Source of the DNA: Felis catus | Lineage: Eukaryota | NCBI RefSeq assembly: GCF_018350175.1 | Contig: NC_058368.1 | Coordinates: 102,240,001-102,304,000, forward strand | DNA length: 64,000 bases | Direction of reading: 5' to 3' | Shown here: one piece after another, positions 38,563 through 51,528 of the stretch | Layout: each line of letters starts with the position of its first letter | How positions within the stretch are numbered: position 1 is the stretch's first letter | The notes under the pieces: generated by a model | The model's input: the letters and a program-made list of their open reading frames with translations, nothing else | What the model was told of the DNA's origin: nothing | The model's database searches: none | Made by a program: the position numbers and the translations under genes

Positions 38563-40149
38563 AAAAATAAGTAAACATTTTTTAAAAAATTAAAAACAAC
38601 GCACACCACCTGCTCGTGTTTCTCCTTAAGTCTTTGTCTTAGACTTTTAAACCAGGGCTGGGCAGCACATCTTGAACCCGATCAAATAAATCCATTTTAA
38701 CCAGAGGCAGGCGTGGGCCCCTCCTCTGCGGGCTTGGGTCGGTTCTGCTATAGCTTCTCCACGAAGTTCTTTATTATCACTCTGAAATCAAAGCAGCCAC
38801 AGGCTAAACTAATGACAGAGGCTCACGCTGATCACCTACGGGGATAGCCAGCTTTTCAGCCACTTACGAGGGTTAACGCACGCCATCTGATGGGAAATAT
38901 CTTGGTGCCTGTTCAAAACCAGTCGTGTAACAGGGGCCTAACAGTTGTTTTCCTTAATAAGTCACAATCCTCACTCCGGAAGATCAAAATCATTCCCTAG
39001 TAAGAGATGTCAAGGTGGGCGAGCCGAGGTTGGGGGAGAGAGTGTTCAAGAAGGAACCAGCCTCATTTAAGGAGCTTCTGTACCACCACACGGCTGTCTT
39101 GAGCTCCCATGTCCCTGAGCTAAGGGGTCACCACTAAAGATTCCCACACCTGGATAGCCAGTGTCAACACCTTAGAAAGCAAGGGGAAAACGATCAGACA
39201 GACACCTGCAGCTCGGTCTAAGCGGGTCTCATACTGTTCCTTGTGTGTTAACGTATATGCAGCTGTTACCACAGTCCCCTGAGCAAGAGCTCGGGTAGAT
39301 TTATCAGCCTTATTCGGCCCCGCTCTGAATCTACCTAGACACAAATTGTATGCCTTTCCGTGTCTTCGGCCAGGAAATAAAACTGCCTAGAGATACAAAC
39401 AGGTGATATAACACTTGTGACATTATGACTCTTCGAACACTACCCCTCTCATTTCTCCATTACAGGTCTCCCGAATCGAGTCCAAGCTCCTCCGTGAGCT
39501 CTGCAGGACTAATGACAAACTCCTTTTTCAGTCTCGTTCCTTCTTCTGGGCAAATACTGTTCTCCTTTCGTCGGCCACCTGACGCGTCTTGTGATCCCAT
39601 ACCTCGGTCTTTGTGTTTAACATTCCTTCGGCCTGAAAGAGGTTTCCCCCTTTCCCCATTTACAGAATGCCTGCTTAACCCTCAAGCCCCCACTCAAATG
39701 CCGTCTCCCCAGGGAGGTCAGAATTAGCTGAGACAAGGGTCAGAGCCGCAGAGGTTGGGGCACAGGGTCATGGTACCAAGGACCTCTGCTGTCACAAAGC
39801 TTTAAGGAGACAACTCGGCTCCTAGCCCAGAGGTCATGGGTTCTCAGAACTCCAAGTGATGGCCTGTGTTTCCAAGCAAGGGTCAACCTTGAACGGTGAC
39901 GGAAGAAGACTGAGAAAAGAAAAAAACTCACCTCGATTCTGCCGCTATGATGGCCAAGCACAGAACACAGGGAGGACGTCATCCAGGAAGCCGTATGTCT
40001 CGTTGCAAGCTAGCAGCTAGGATGCAACCCTGGAAAAACCACATCCTGGGAGAGGGCACGGAACAGAGCCCTGCGATAGACGTGGCTCTGCCTCCCGACC
40101 CCCCTTTTCCTTTCTTGGGTTATTCGCCCCTTGATTAAATTCAAGAAGA

Positions 40150-40332
40150 GTGGTACTCAAACTGTAGATTGGAGTCATCTGGAAGACTTGCCAAACAGAC
40201 TGATGAACCGCCTCCCCACCCCTGCAGAGCCTTTCTATCCAGGAGACCAGGGGAGGGGTGAGATTATTTGCATTTCCAACAATTCCCAGGTGATGCCCAT
40301 GCCGATGGCCTTGCGGGAGAACAGGCTGGAAA
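40150..40332. mobile_element. MER5-like hAT MITE
   Basis: 'gtggtactcaaact...ggagtcatctggaagacttg...atttgcatttccaacaattcccaggtgatgc'. Confidence 0.65.
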
Positions 40333-40570
40333 CCTCTACCTTCGGAAGCCACCCGATCCCGACTTCTCTCCTTCCTGGGGATTATGGCTTGCCGGGCACA
40401 GGAGAAGGGGCAAAGAGACTGGTGAGTGACGATTGCTAGGGGCCTAACTAGAAATGACAAGAGCTCAACTTAGGGAAGAGGCTGGAGGAATGGAGAGAGA
40501 AAAGAGAAAGTGAGCATTTACTGATTAACTAGATGTGGAAGCGAGAGATTAAAAAAAAAAAAAAAAATCA

Positions 40571-40785
40571 GAGGTGCCTGGCTGGCTCAGTTGGGCGTCT
40601 GACTTCAGCTCAGGTCCTGATCTCGCGGTCGGCGAGTTCGAGCCCCGCGTCGGGCTCTGTGCTGTACAGCTCAGAGCCTGGAGCCCATTTCAGATTCTGT
40701 GTCTCCCTCTCTCTCTGCCCCTCCCCCATGTGTGCTCTGTGTCTCTCAAAAATAAATAAACATTAAAACTTTTAAAAAGAAAAAT
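40571..40785 (+). mobile_element. Can-SINE
   Basis: Full body and tail. Confidence 0.92.
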
Positions 40786-41505
40786 CAAGTGTGCTCTTAC
40801 ATCTCAGGCTTCAGAAACTAAGAGACATGTGCCCAAGAGAAGGTGGTCTGTTTTACACGTAGAGGCGACTGGCGTTTGATAATTGGTGGGAGCAAGGGGA
40901 CAAGGAAGCTGAAAACTGCTACCAGAACCAAGCAGATAAATGCTACAGCAATACCTGTGAGGACATGTGAGCACGTAAGGTGGGAAGGCCCGGCTCACTG
41001 GATCAGAAGAGGAAAAACCCCAGTGGCAGGGTGGGGGGGACGGGAGGGGGTGGGGAAGGAACAAAAGCAATGAAGATCATTTGCAGGCAGGAAGTTAGGA
41101 AATTGGGTAGTTTCTACCTGTCATTTCCTTGGCGAAACAGATCAAGTTCTGGGATTTGAGAGAAATTTGTAAGGAAAACAGAAGAATCAACTGACTAGGG
41201 ATAAGGAATATTGTTGAGTACGAGTGATACATTTGCGGGACATTCCTCCAACCTGGGAGGTTCGTTTAAGCTGTACAACAATCACCCTACAAGCTTCCCA
41301 CTGAACGTGAGCTCAAGGTCTCACGTCTGTTAAATGATAGAGCCACGTTCTGAATCCAGGTGTACTGATTTTCACAACAGGTAAATAGTTTCCGCTGAAA
41401 GACAGAGGCTCTCCTTACCTAAGACGAGAGAAAACATGCCTGTCAGATAGGAAGGGAGAGGATTTGGACTTTCTTCTGCCCTCTTCCCATAGGTGCTCAG
41501 AGCTT

Positions 41506-41842
41506 TCTATAGTCTACATGTTTGTGCCCCCTGCCAATTCCTACCCTGAAATTGTAACTCACAAAGATGAGACCTCTGGGACCTGACCCAGTAATGAGGG
41601 TGGAACCCTGGGGAGGGGCATTCATGCTCTTAGAAAAGAGACCCCACAGAGCTCCGCAGCCTCCTCTCCTGTGTCAGGGATATGGTGAGAAGTCTGCAGA
41701 CTGGAGGAGGGCCCTCACTCAACCACAGTGGCACCTAGATTTCAGACCTCCAGGCTCCAGAACCGTGAAAAGTAAATTTCTGGTGTTGATAAGCTGTACA
41801 GGCTGTCTTACCTTCTTATAGCAGCCCAAATGGACAAAGACA
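41506..41842 (+). mobile_element. MaLR LTR (MLT1A-like)
   Basis: 'ctatagtctacatgtttgtgcccc...ctccagaaccgtgaaaagtaaatttctg...atagcagcccaaatggacaaagaca'. Confidence 0.82.
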
Positions 41843-42966
41843 GAGCCCCGGGGAAGAAGCTATTCCCTGAATGTTTCTTATAGCCCCAATGCATGTACAC
41901 CTTCCTCCCTCAGTGACTGCGTTAGTCACGACCTAGTAGTCTGAATGATTAACAAGCCGCTGCTAGGGTGCCTCCGGTTCTGTCGCCAGGTCTCGTAAAG
42001 GTCTCCACTCGCAACACATTTTAACGGACATTTAAAGCTTAAGCAACAGAGCCTCTGTCCTTTCACAGAGGAAGAAGTTAAATCTCCCAAAAGGTAGAAG
42101 TCATTTTGCTAGTCCGTTTCAGATTCAAAGCCAGTTCACATAACGGCCGCCGCTGTCTCAGAGAAAGGCCCCTTCCCACCACACACAGTCTCAGGAGCAT
42201 GGAAATTGCTGCCATATTGGAAACAGCCATGGCGTGATCGAGCCCTGGGGCAGAAAAGCTTCCTGGACAAGTCACCTGAGAAGATAACATCCTCAGGAAC
42301 ACTCCCCTGGTCTCAGAACCAACCAGATCTATCTGGTTTTGTGCATCTGTGAAAAAGCACTGATCTGAGAACAGATGCTTGATTCCCCGAAGTGCAGACA
42401 ACACCCCTCCCCCAGCAACACACACACGTGCACAGGACAGTTGCATATTGACACCCACTTCCACGCACATTCCCTTAAAACCTATGGAAGAGTGGTCGGG
42501 AACGGGCAAGAAAATGAATAGCAATGTCTGTCAGTTTGACACAGCTCGGTGTGAGTCTCAACCTGTAAAGAAACTGGTATGGAAATCAACAACGTGGGGT
42601 TATTTTTCCTTGCCGTCTTCAATCACATGGGCCCCTCTTGGAACGGTGGGGCCCCGACGGTGAGTGCTGCTCAGAGCATCTCACACACGGACACGTGTCT
42701 CCTATCCGTGCTCAGTATCTGTTTCCTGTTGAAGGGGGTTTTTACAGAAATCTCCCATTTTGGTGAAAGGATCGTCAGCTCGTCTGAAACATTCCAAGTA
42801 GCCTCCATTAACGCAACCGCCACCATCAGACGAGTAGATTCTTTCTTCTGAATCAATTCCTGAGCTTCAAGTCCACAGGAATAGCCTTACCTTGAACACT
42901 TTAAGGAGACTCCCAGCGACAGAATACTGCAGGGGAAAATGGTGCAATCCAATATCATTCTCATAT

Positions 42967-43164
42967 TTTATTTTTTTTAATTAATTTATTTATTTTGGGA
43001 GGGGTAAGGAGGGGCAGAGACAGGGAGAAAAAGAGTCTCAAGTAGGCTCGGCGCTGTGAGGGCAGAGACCCATGTGGGGCTCGAACTCACAAACTGTGAG
43101 ATGATGAGCTGAGCGGAAACCAAGAGTCAGACGCTCAGCCTACTGAGCCACCCAGGCGCCCCCC
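42967..43164 (-). mobile_element. Can-SINE
   Basis: Ends 'gagccacccaggcgcccc'. Confidence 0.9.
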
Positions 43165-44224
43165 AATGTCATTCTTCTATTTTAGATTCACATCCTCAAA
43201 CCTCCAGCGGGAACTCCATTCTGCCAGCCAGCCTGTTCTTTTTTCCTCCGGGAGCCTCTCTCCCACTTCCCAAGATGGCTGTTTTCATACCTCCTCTGCC
43301 CTCACCCCCAGCAGACAGCATTACCTCATACTTCATGAAGAAAATAGAAATTAAACAAAAAACCCTTTATCTTAACCACCCCCAGCCCATAATCTCACTC
43401 CACTGTTCTTTCTCTGTGAGCATTAAAGTCCCCCTATCACTCATGACCAGCCTCTTTGCTCTGGATGCCTACCTCATCACTTCTCAAGGATGTCACTCCT
43501 TCGGTCATCCTCTACCTCGCCTGTGTCCTCAAACTCCCAATTTCTGATGGGAAATTTCCATTCTAGTTGCTCCCTTGTTGAGATAAAGCGCACGCACACA
43601 CACACACACCAAAATACCTCCTCTCCACAAGTTGCCCAGCCATTCTACTTCAAGGAAAATCTGCTACAGAGGGGTCTCCGCCTCCTGTCTCACTTCCTCG
43701 GCCCCACCGATTCCCAACACAACACTCTGTCCTCCCAGCCCCATGCCTGCTGGAACTGTCCTTGTCAGATGGCCACTGATCTATCACCAAATGCAAAGGA
43801 CATCCTTCTAGACCTTCCAGTCGTGCGCCAAATACAGATGTGTATTCCCTTATTCATTCTTGTCTTCTTTTGCCTTATATTCTCTCAAGGTTTCCCTCCT
43901 ACCACACCAGATGCTCTTCTCCGTCCGATTTACTCACCGCTTCTACTCGGGCTGAGCCCAGGGGTTAGCCCTGGATCTCACTTCGCTCCCCACTGGTGAT
44001 ATATTCTTACGTGTGTTTCAAAATCATCTTTATGTTGATGACCCACAATTTTATACCCTCCGCCTGGACCTCCCCTCTGAGCTCCAGACTTGTGATTCCA
44101 CCTGTCTCCACTTGTATTTCCAAAGGACACTTTCAACTATGTCAATAATGGAACACTTGATGGCTCCCCTCAAAACTGTATCCTACTCCTTGAGCCTCTA
44201 CCCGGTCTTTCTGTTTTGGTAGTA

Positions 44225-44465
44225 ACGCAGCTAGAATTTATTCAACACATACTATGTGCCAATAAGTAGGTCAGCTACTAATAACCCATTTAATGTTCAC
44301 ATCTGTGGAATAGATATTTCTTATTATCCCTTTTTTATAGAGAAGAAAACCAAGGCACAGAGAGGTTAATTTTGCCAGGGTCACACAGCTAATAAGAATC
44401 TCAGATGGGATGAGGACCCGTGCATTCTAGCTTAATGGCCAACGTTCTTAACCCATACGCTACAG
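44225..44465 (-). mobile_element. MIR inserted in L2
   Basis: 'agaaaaccaaggcacagagaggttaattttgccagggtcacacagctaataag'. Confidence 0.85.
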
Positions 44466-44885
44466 TGTCCCCTTTCCAGAAACCTAAGAGGTTTATTAAT
44501 GACTCTTTTTCCTGCAACCCCTCCATCTAAATCTTCAGCAGGTCTGGTTAACTCCAGCTCTAAGAACCTGTATACTTCTCCCTATATCTGTCTTATGTAG
44601 CCCATGGTTACAGCCTTCTAAGTGACCTCGGCCACATCTTCCACCTCTCAGCCACTCACCACAGGGGGACAAACATGACTTAAAATGGGAAAGATGTCAT
44701 ATCACTGTCCCATTTAAAACTGTCAAAGTATCCTACTACAGTTGGATGGAGCCCAGTGTCTTCACCATGCCCTGCAAGGCCCTGTATTTCTCTGAAACTT
44801 CATCACAAACCACTCTTCCCCAACTCATGAACTCCTTTCCCTGCCATAAATGTACACTATTTTTCATCCTTCACTCAGGGACTTA

Positions 44886-44920
44886 GCCCTTTGCCCTTTG
44901 CCCTTTGGCCTTTGCCCTCT
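44886..44920. repeat. (GCCCTTT)n heptamer tandem, ~5 copies
   Basis: Read directly. Confidence 0.8.
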
Positions 44921-46404
44921 GGAGTGCCCCAGCTCAACTGACCACCTCCTGTCCGCCATATATGCTCATCCTAGGACCATTCCTCAGAAACACTTGCTCT
45001 AAAGTAAGGCCCCAGGGGATGTCTACCTTGTACAACTTACAATTATTTATTTTCCTTTTATGTGTTTTTGTGGGGTTTTATTTTGTCTAAATCTCTTCTT
45101 CCCCAAGAAGCTCCATGAGGCCTGAACCAGGTTTTTCTCGTTTTTTAACGATATTCCCGGTGTCCAGAATAGTACTCAGCACAGGTGAGCCCTTCAATCA
45201 ATCTTAATTAATTAATGTACTCCTTCTAGTTTCCTTAAGCATCTTGAAGGGGGCAGGAGTCCCAACTGTTAAGGTTTCTCAAAGGGAAAGTGATGTTTGT
45301 GAACCACAAAAAATTTCGAAGTACTCGCTCCTGAAAGAGCTAAAGGGAAAAGGAAGAAAAAGAATTTCCTCGGACAACGAGAAATGTAAATCGTTGAGAG
45401 AAGCTGAGCTTGGCCGAAAAAAATAGAACCTGCGGTCCCTTCATCTATCAGCGAATGGGGCCCACGGGATCCTCTTGACCTGCAAAGTGAATAAGAAATT
45501 GAGTTGAATAAAAACATTCAAACTTCTGGTCAAAAGAACCAAGATTATAAACTCTGTCATATAGGGAACGAGATGACAGCTAAGTAGTGTAGGATGAAAG
45601 CGAGAGAAACGTGCCACCTAAACTGTTAGACTTTCCCAAAGGAGCATGAGATTGACTTCGTCCCCAAAGTTTCCGAGATTCTCCCTGAGAACAAGGGCAT
45701 GCGTCGCCGCCTATCAAGACATCCAGCTGATCCTTCCTAACAGGCAGCAAGGACAGCATGGCGGAGACACTGGATTCAACAAGGACTTTGTTCGGTGGAA
45801 TCCCGGGACCGGTAAATTCAGGAAAGATGGCGTGAAGACGTAACAGGTTGCTCTCTTAGAGAACCCCAGAGGTCTCAGCCACGGCCCTGGGCTCCCGTAC
45901 CTATATGCTGTCTTCCAGCTTCTTTCTTACAACGCTGTGCTTTCTGCTGCACACCCAAAACACTCCACTCATTCATTCATTCACTCATTCACTGATTCAG
46001 CTGCTATATCTCCAGAGTCTATTCTGTCCCAAGCGCTAAGGTTGGATCGGGGGAGAAAATAGACCACTCTGCTCTCACAGAGCTTTCGATGTCCAGGGGA
46101 TGATCAAGGTAAGTATGCTGATGACCCAAGAAACTAGGAGGTACATGGAGGAAATGAAACGGTAACAAAAGAAAAGGGGGGGGGGCCCTTGGGGGTAAAA
46201 ACAGGGAACTGAGGGAGGTACCCAAGCTGGGGAGACAGAGGAGGTGTCTCTGAAAAGGCAGTGTTGATAGGAGGAAGAAAAACACCAGGCTGCAAGTGCA
46301 CCCACAGAGATTCAGATTTCGAGTGGGGCTCCTGAAGCTTCTTCCAGGCCCACGTGTGCATTTCCTTGTTAAATCCACTTTGAGGAAGAACCCTGCTAAT
46401 TCCG

Positions 46405-46779
46405 TGTAACCAGAATCCCCCACCCTCTATATTGGACCACCCTCCATATCTTATCGTATTCCTCATCCCGCCCCCGCCCCCCTCCTCCAGGAGATGTCTG
46501 ACTACCTGGCCTGCCTTCAGTAAGAATCCTGTTAGGTCAGTTTAGCCAGAATGTCCCTCCCCCATGATGTTTCTTCTTAGTAATTTTCCATCCACTGACC
46601 CCCACCTGCTCTTTGGCTATGAATTTCCACTTGCCAGTGCCACACTGGAGTTGAGCCCCATCTCTCTCCCCCGTTGTAAAATCCCGTCGCAGTGGGCCCT
46701 ATACCTAATCCGAAGGTTCTGGATCAACCTGCCTTACCACCCGTAGCAAGCCTCGTGGAATGTTTCCTTTTTTTCAACA
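46405..46779 (+). mobile_element. ERV1 LTR (MER31-like)
   Basis: 'gcctgccttcagtaagaatcctgttaggtcagtttagccagaat', 'ttagtaattttccatccactgacccc'; ends ...aaca. Confidence 0.7.
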
Positions 46780-47154
46780 GCATGTATGGCCATTGGCCTT
46801 AACTTGGTATAGCTGAGCAGAGGGAGCGATGTGTGAAGGTACGAGGCCAGACCCTGGGTTTCTGGGAGGCCATAAAGAGGAAGGGCTGACCCAGATCCTC
46901 TCTCCTCCACCCCTGGTTGTGCACACATGGACAGGCAGACATCGGTGTTCTCTTGACCTTTGGCCTCTGCTGGTTTAAGCCACTGCTCCCACCTCCTACT
47001 TTGCAGAGAGCAGAGGGTGGGTCACTACGGACAGGCTGTGACTCTATGATAAAGGTCAAAACCCCCTTAAGAGGACCACCCTTCATAATTCTCTCTTCGG
47101 ATTCCTATAACTGCTCTCTTCACTTTACCCTTCACGTTTGGGGGCCCTGAACTC

Positions 47155-47322
47155 TTTTTTTTTTTTTTTTGAGGCTGGGGGGAGAGGCAGGGAGGTCGGG
47201 GGAGAGAGAATCTTAAGTAGGCTCCACGCTCAGCACAGGGCTAGATTCCACAACCCTGGGATCATGACATGAGTCGAAATCAAAAGTCGAATGCTTAACC
47301 GACTAAACCACCCAGATGCCCA
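47155..47322 (-). mobile_element. Can-SINE (older type)
   Basis: Poly(T), 'gagagagaatcttaagtaggctccac'. Confidence 0.85.
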
Positions 47323-47373
47323 ACAGCCCTGCACTCTTAATATTCCTTGTGGTACTTTGCCATCCTTCATTGC

Positions 47374-47578
47374 TTTTTTAAAAAGTTTATTTACTTATTT
47401 TGAGAGAGACAGACAGACACGAGAAGGAGAGGGGCAAAGAGAGGAAGAGAGAGAGAATCCCAGGAGGCTCCGCATTGTCAGCACAGAGCGAGATGCAGGG
47501 TTTCAATTCATGAATCGTGAGATGGTGACCTGAGCCGACATCAAGAGTCGGAGGACCAAATGAGACACCCAGGCACCC
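47374..47578 (-). mobile_element. Can-SINE
   Basis: Reverse SINE body ending 'cacccaggcaccc'. Confidence 0.88.
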
Positions 47579-48334
47579 ACTCCCACCTTTATTGCTTTTT
47601 CAAAACCCTAGCCAGGACTGCCTAGAAATTCTTATCCAACACCCAATCAGAGAGTGACGTTCTTGCCAGGACCCTGACTGATAGATTTTAATCGAAAAAC
47701 ACTACACTAAGTCACTTTCTCACGTGAGCAGTTACCTTTTGCTTTCTCCTTTGCCTTGACAAGCCATCTGCTAGAAGCTGGTTCCTGTGAGCGGCACATA
47801 ACTCCCCATAACACCACCTTTGGAATTTCCAGAAGCTTTTGGGTCGATTAAATGTCATTCAGCTCCTGCAGTTCCCTTTCTTTGCGCAAAACTTCCCGAG
47901 ATCAGAGCACTCTTTAGGGTGATGCAAGTCCTACCGATAAAATAATTCAGGACAGAATCTTGAAACTGAAAGGCAGTGTGGCAAAGAAAGAACGCTGGGT
48001 TTGCAGTTCAAATTTAAGCATATGACAGTTGGCCGGTCCATTTCTTCATCCCGAAGGGTGTGATGATAATAATGTGCGCTGATAAACTAATTCACCCACA
48101 ATCACAGGAAGAGTAGAGGACACACTAGTCCTCTAGTAAGAGTAGAGACACACCAGTGAGCGACTCTGTTCCATTCTGGGGAACAACCAGTCAGTAATAA
48201 CACTAGTCAATCCAGCATTAATTCTTCACTTCACTGATTCTGAGACATAGAATTCATACAAAATCCATAAAGACTCTTATTGTGATCACTCCTTAAAATT
48301 GCAGTGCCTGAACAGATGTTAAAATATGTAGGTT

Positions 48335-48712
48335 ATAGTAGCCACCTCGGGTTGCCATAATGAAATGCCACAGACACTTCTCTCTCACAGTTCTGGAGGC
48401 CAGAAAATCTAAGATCAAGGTAGCGGCCAATTTGGTTCTTGGTGAATGTTCTCTTCCTGACTTGAAGACAGCTGCCTTCTCATTGTATCCTCACATAACA
48501 GAAGGAGAGAGAGAGCTCTGGTGTCTCTTCCTCTTTATATAAGCATACCACTCTATCAGATCAGGGCACTACAGTTCTGATCTCATTTAACCGTTATGAC
48601 CTCGATGAACCTTTAACATTGCCTCCCTGGCCCTGTCTCCAAAGACAGCCTCAGTGAGGGTTAAAGCTTCAACCTATGAATTTGGGAGGGGGACAAAAAA
48701 TTTAGCCCATAA
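48335..48712 (-). mobile_element. MaLR LTR (MLT1A/B-like)
   Basis: 'ctcacagttctggaggccagaaaatctaagatcaaggt...gcttcaacctatgaatttggg'. Confidence 0.82.
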
Positions 48713-49837
48713 AAATTATCTATGCCAACTTCATGTTAATCATTCCCTATATACTATCAATATCTCTCAGGAACGGGGACAGAGAAGATGATGTGGGATT
48801 CCCCTGGATTCTAAGTGTTTTTACTCTACAATACATTAAGCTGCGTGCTGAAAATAATTTAAACCACTAAGTGGGTTTAGAGTAACTTTTATCAATAAAT
48901 TGCTGACTTAGAGTATATGTGCAGAACCAAACCAAAAAGCCAGTCACCAATTTATGCAACTGCATGGTATCTGAAAACCTACATACAAAGGGTTACCATG
49001 GCTTTGGTAAAATTTTAGCCAACAATCTTGATGAGCAGGCGAAATATTTTAATCTTGTTTTCTTTCACCTACATTCATATATTCGTAAGGAATCAAAACT
49101 TGTTAACTAGTATAAAGAAGGACCTTAGGAATTTATTTATACACTAGAATACTTCACAACCATTTTTAAGTTATCCATATCTACCTATCTCAACAGAAAT
49201 AAATCTCAAAGACAAATATGGCGTGAAAAATAAAAAGACTGCAGACGGATCTATCTGTTCTCCCTTTTCCCTCTTTGTTTTCTACCCATGGAGAGTATGA
49301 ACTAAGACAAACGTTCCAACGTAACCTCTGCGAAACCTGAATGCATCTTCCCATCAACTTCTGAACTTTTGTGAATTTTTGAAACATTCCAAATGAAACA
49401 CGGAACATTTGAAGCACAGCCACAGTCATACAGATCAAGAGAAGAGTGTACATTACAACACCAAAATAATGAACTAAAAACAAATAAAACTACATGTGGG
49501 GAAAACCCAAAATATTTCCTTACTACATCCTTTCTCAAGGACTACAAACCCGAATACCATTTCCTCACCTAATAAGTTTGGAAAGAGAAGGGTGCACAGA
49601 ACTGAACATGCTTCCTTCTTAAAGCCTTCAATATGTTCTTGTGCTTTTGAACCAAAGGGTTGGTGGGACAGTGAGGATGAATATTGGACACGATAAGGCT
49701 ATGACATTTCCACAGGCGGTACACATGCTGGGAATAAATCCTTGGCCCAGGATGGATCAGACCATGGAACAGAAATGGTACCTGCAAAACTCAAATATTT
49801 TTGTTAACTTCTCAACTCTTTGCAGGAAGACTATCTA

Positions 49838-50155
49838 GCATAGCACTTTTCAGTCTGTTTGGTCTCAGAATCCTTTATGGTGAAAAAATTCTGAAGGATC
49901 CCGGAATGCTTTTGCTTCGGTGGGTGACACAGGTCACCATTTACCCTGTTGGAAAGGACATAACTATTGTTATTGTTAAATAACCATTATCTACACATTG
50001 CATGTCAACCAATCTTTTAAATGAAAATTAACATGTTTTCAAAAACAGTGAGAAGAGTGGCGTTGTTTTATATTTTTGCAAATCTCTTTCAGGTCTGGTT
50101 TGATAGAAGACAGGTACATCCTTATTGTATGTTTTTGCTTCTATTTGAATTTTTT

Positions 50156-50186
<31 letters not shown>

Positions 50187-51523
50187 CAGAGCTCGAGCGG
50201 GGGAGGGGCAGAGAGAGGGAGACAGAATCCGAAGCAGGCTCCAGGCTCTGAGCCCGATGTGGGGCTTGAACTCACGAACCACAAGATCCTGAGCTGAGAC
50301 GAAGTCGGACACTCAACTGGCTGAGCCACCCAGGCACCCCTTCTATTTGAGTTTCTGATGAAAGTATATGAACAAAATCTGGCTTCCCAGAGACAAGAAG
50401 TTAGAAAAGGGAAGAATATTTTAATGGTTTTTTCATCTGATTGTATAAGTATTCTTTAATACTACACCAAAACTCCACAAATGGCTGTTCTCACAAGTTA
50501 GTTGAAATAAGCAATGTGAAACTATATCAAACAACTTTTCACACTGTTTCCTTAAAATCCACTGGACTACCTTGTACTTTGAATGAATCTTCGACTGATG
50601 CACTGAGTGGGAAATTTTTTTGTTCCCTGACATACACAAATCTCTCAAAGGTTGACATGTTTCATTACACGCTATCAAGTGATCACATTCGTTAGTATCA
50701 CCACGGATTTCATCAAAAGCCCCTTTAAGTGTATGGAACCTGTCAAGCTCACCTTGGCAAACACACGTTTTTCAGAGTTCTGATTTTTCTTAAAAGCTCA
50801 AATTTCACCCCCGGCAACAAACACGGGCGGTTGTTTTTCCTGAAGTCCCAGGCTCACTTGGTTCGTTTTTTTAGAAAATGTCTACCACCAGCCCAAGTCT
50901 CAACGACTATAGTTTTCCAACAGCCAGTCTCTCAGATAAGAATGGTGCTCCAGGAGAAAATCAGATAGTTCAGCTCACAAGTCAAATAATCACACAAGTG
51001 CTTTTGCTCCAGACAACCATTGTATTTCCATCTGCAGCAAATGTGCTTTATATAGATTTTTGACACATAGGACATTAAAAGGTGTGGGCTCCAAAAAAAT
51101 TAAAAAATTCAAAATAAAAGGTGTGTACTCAGAGTCAAAATGTCATAAACATGAGTAATCTTACAGCTTCCTTAAGGATACTCTCAAGAGAAATTGGAAA
51201 AAAGAAGGGAGACATTGGGAGCGTTTTTGTTTTGTTTTGTTTTATTTTATTACAATAGGTGGCAATAAAGAGTAAGTACCAGTCCAATTGGGCGCCACTG
51301 CCATGATTCATACCGTTGCTTTTCCGGCATCAGGAAAAATGTAACAGAGTGCAAAAGGCAATTCACGTATGAGCATTGTTATTAAAATGACTTTAAAGCG
51401 TTGTTGTTCCAACACAGGGAAGAAGCCAAGGAAAGTACTAGCATCATTATAAAAATAGTTTTGCCTTTCCAACCTCCTAAAAGAGTCTGGGGGACTCCCA
51501 AGTACCCACTTTGAAATCCGCTG
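49838..51523 (-). mobile_element. Charlie1-like hAT DNA transposon (non-autonomous, degenerate) with both ends present
   Basis: Left 'ggtctcagaatcctttat...gaaggatccc...gcttttg'; internal 'agtgagaagagtggcgttgttttatatttttgcaaatctcttt'; right 'aaaatagttttg...cactttgaaatccgctg'. Confidence 0.8.
50150..50340 (-). mobile_element. Can-SINE in the Charlie element, TSD ttctatttga
   Basis: Reverse SINE with matching flanks. Confidence 0.92.
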
Positions 51524-51528
51524 ATGTC

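Larger units (their letters stand above)
43170..45217 (+). mobile_element. Long degenerate L2 fragment ending at the L2 3' terminus
   Basis: 'atgttgatgacccacaattttata...gacctcccctctgagctccagact', 'aagctccatgagg...agtactcagcacagg...tcaatc...ttaatg'. Confidence 0.75.

Noticed and set aside
48109..48157. ~21-bp imperfect direct repeat (aagagtagagRacacacYagt)
   Set aside because: Ordinary micro-duplication with no further structure
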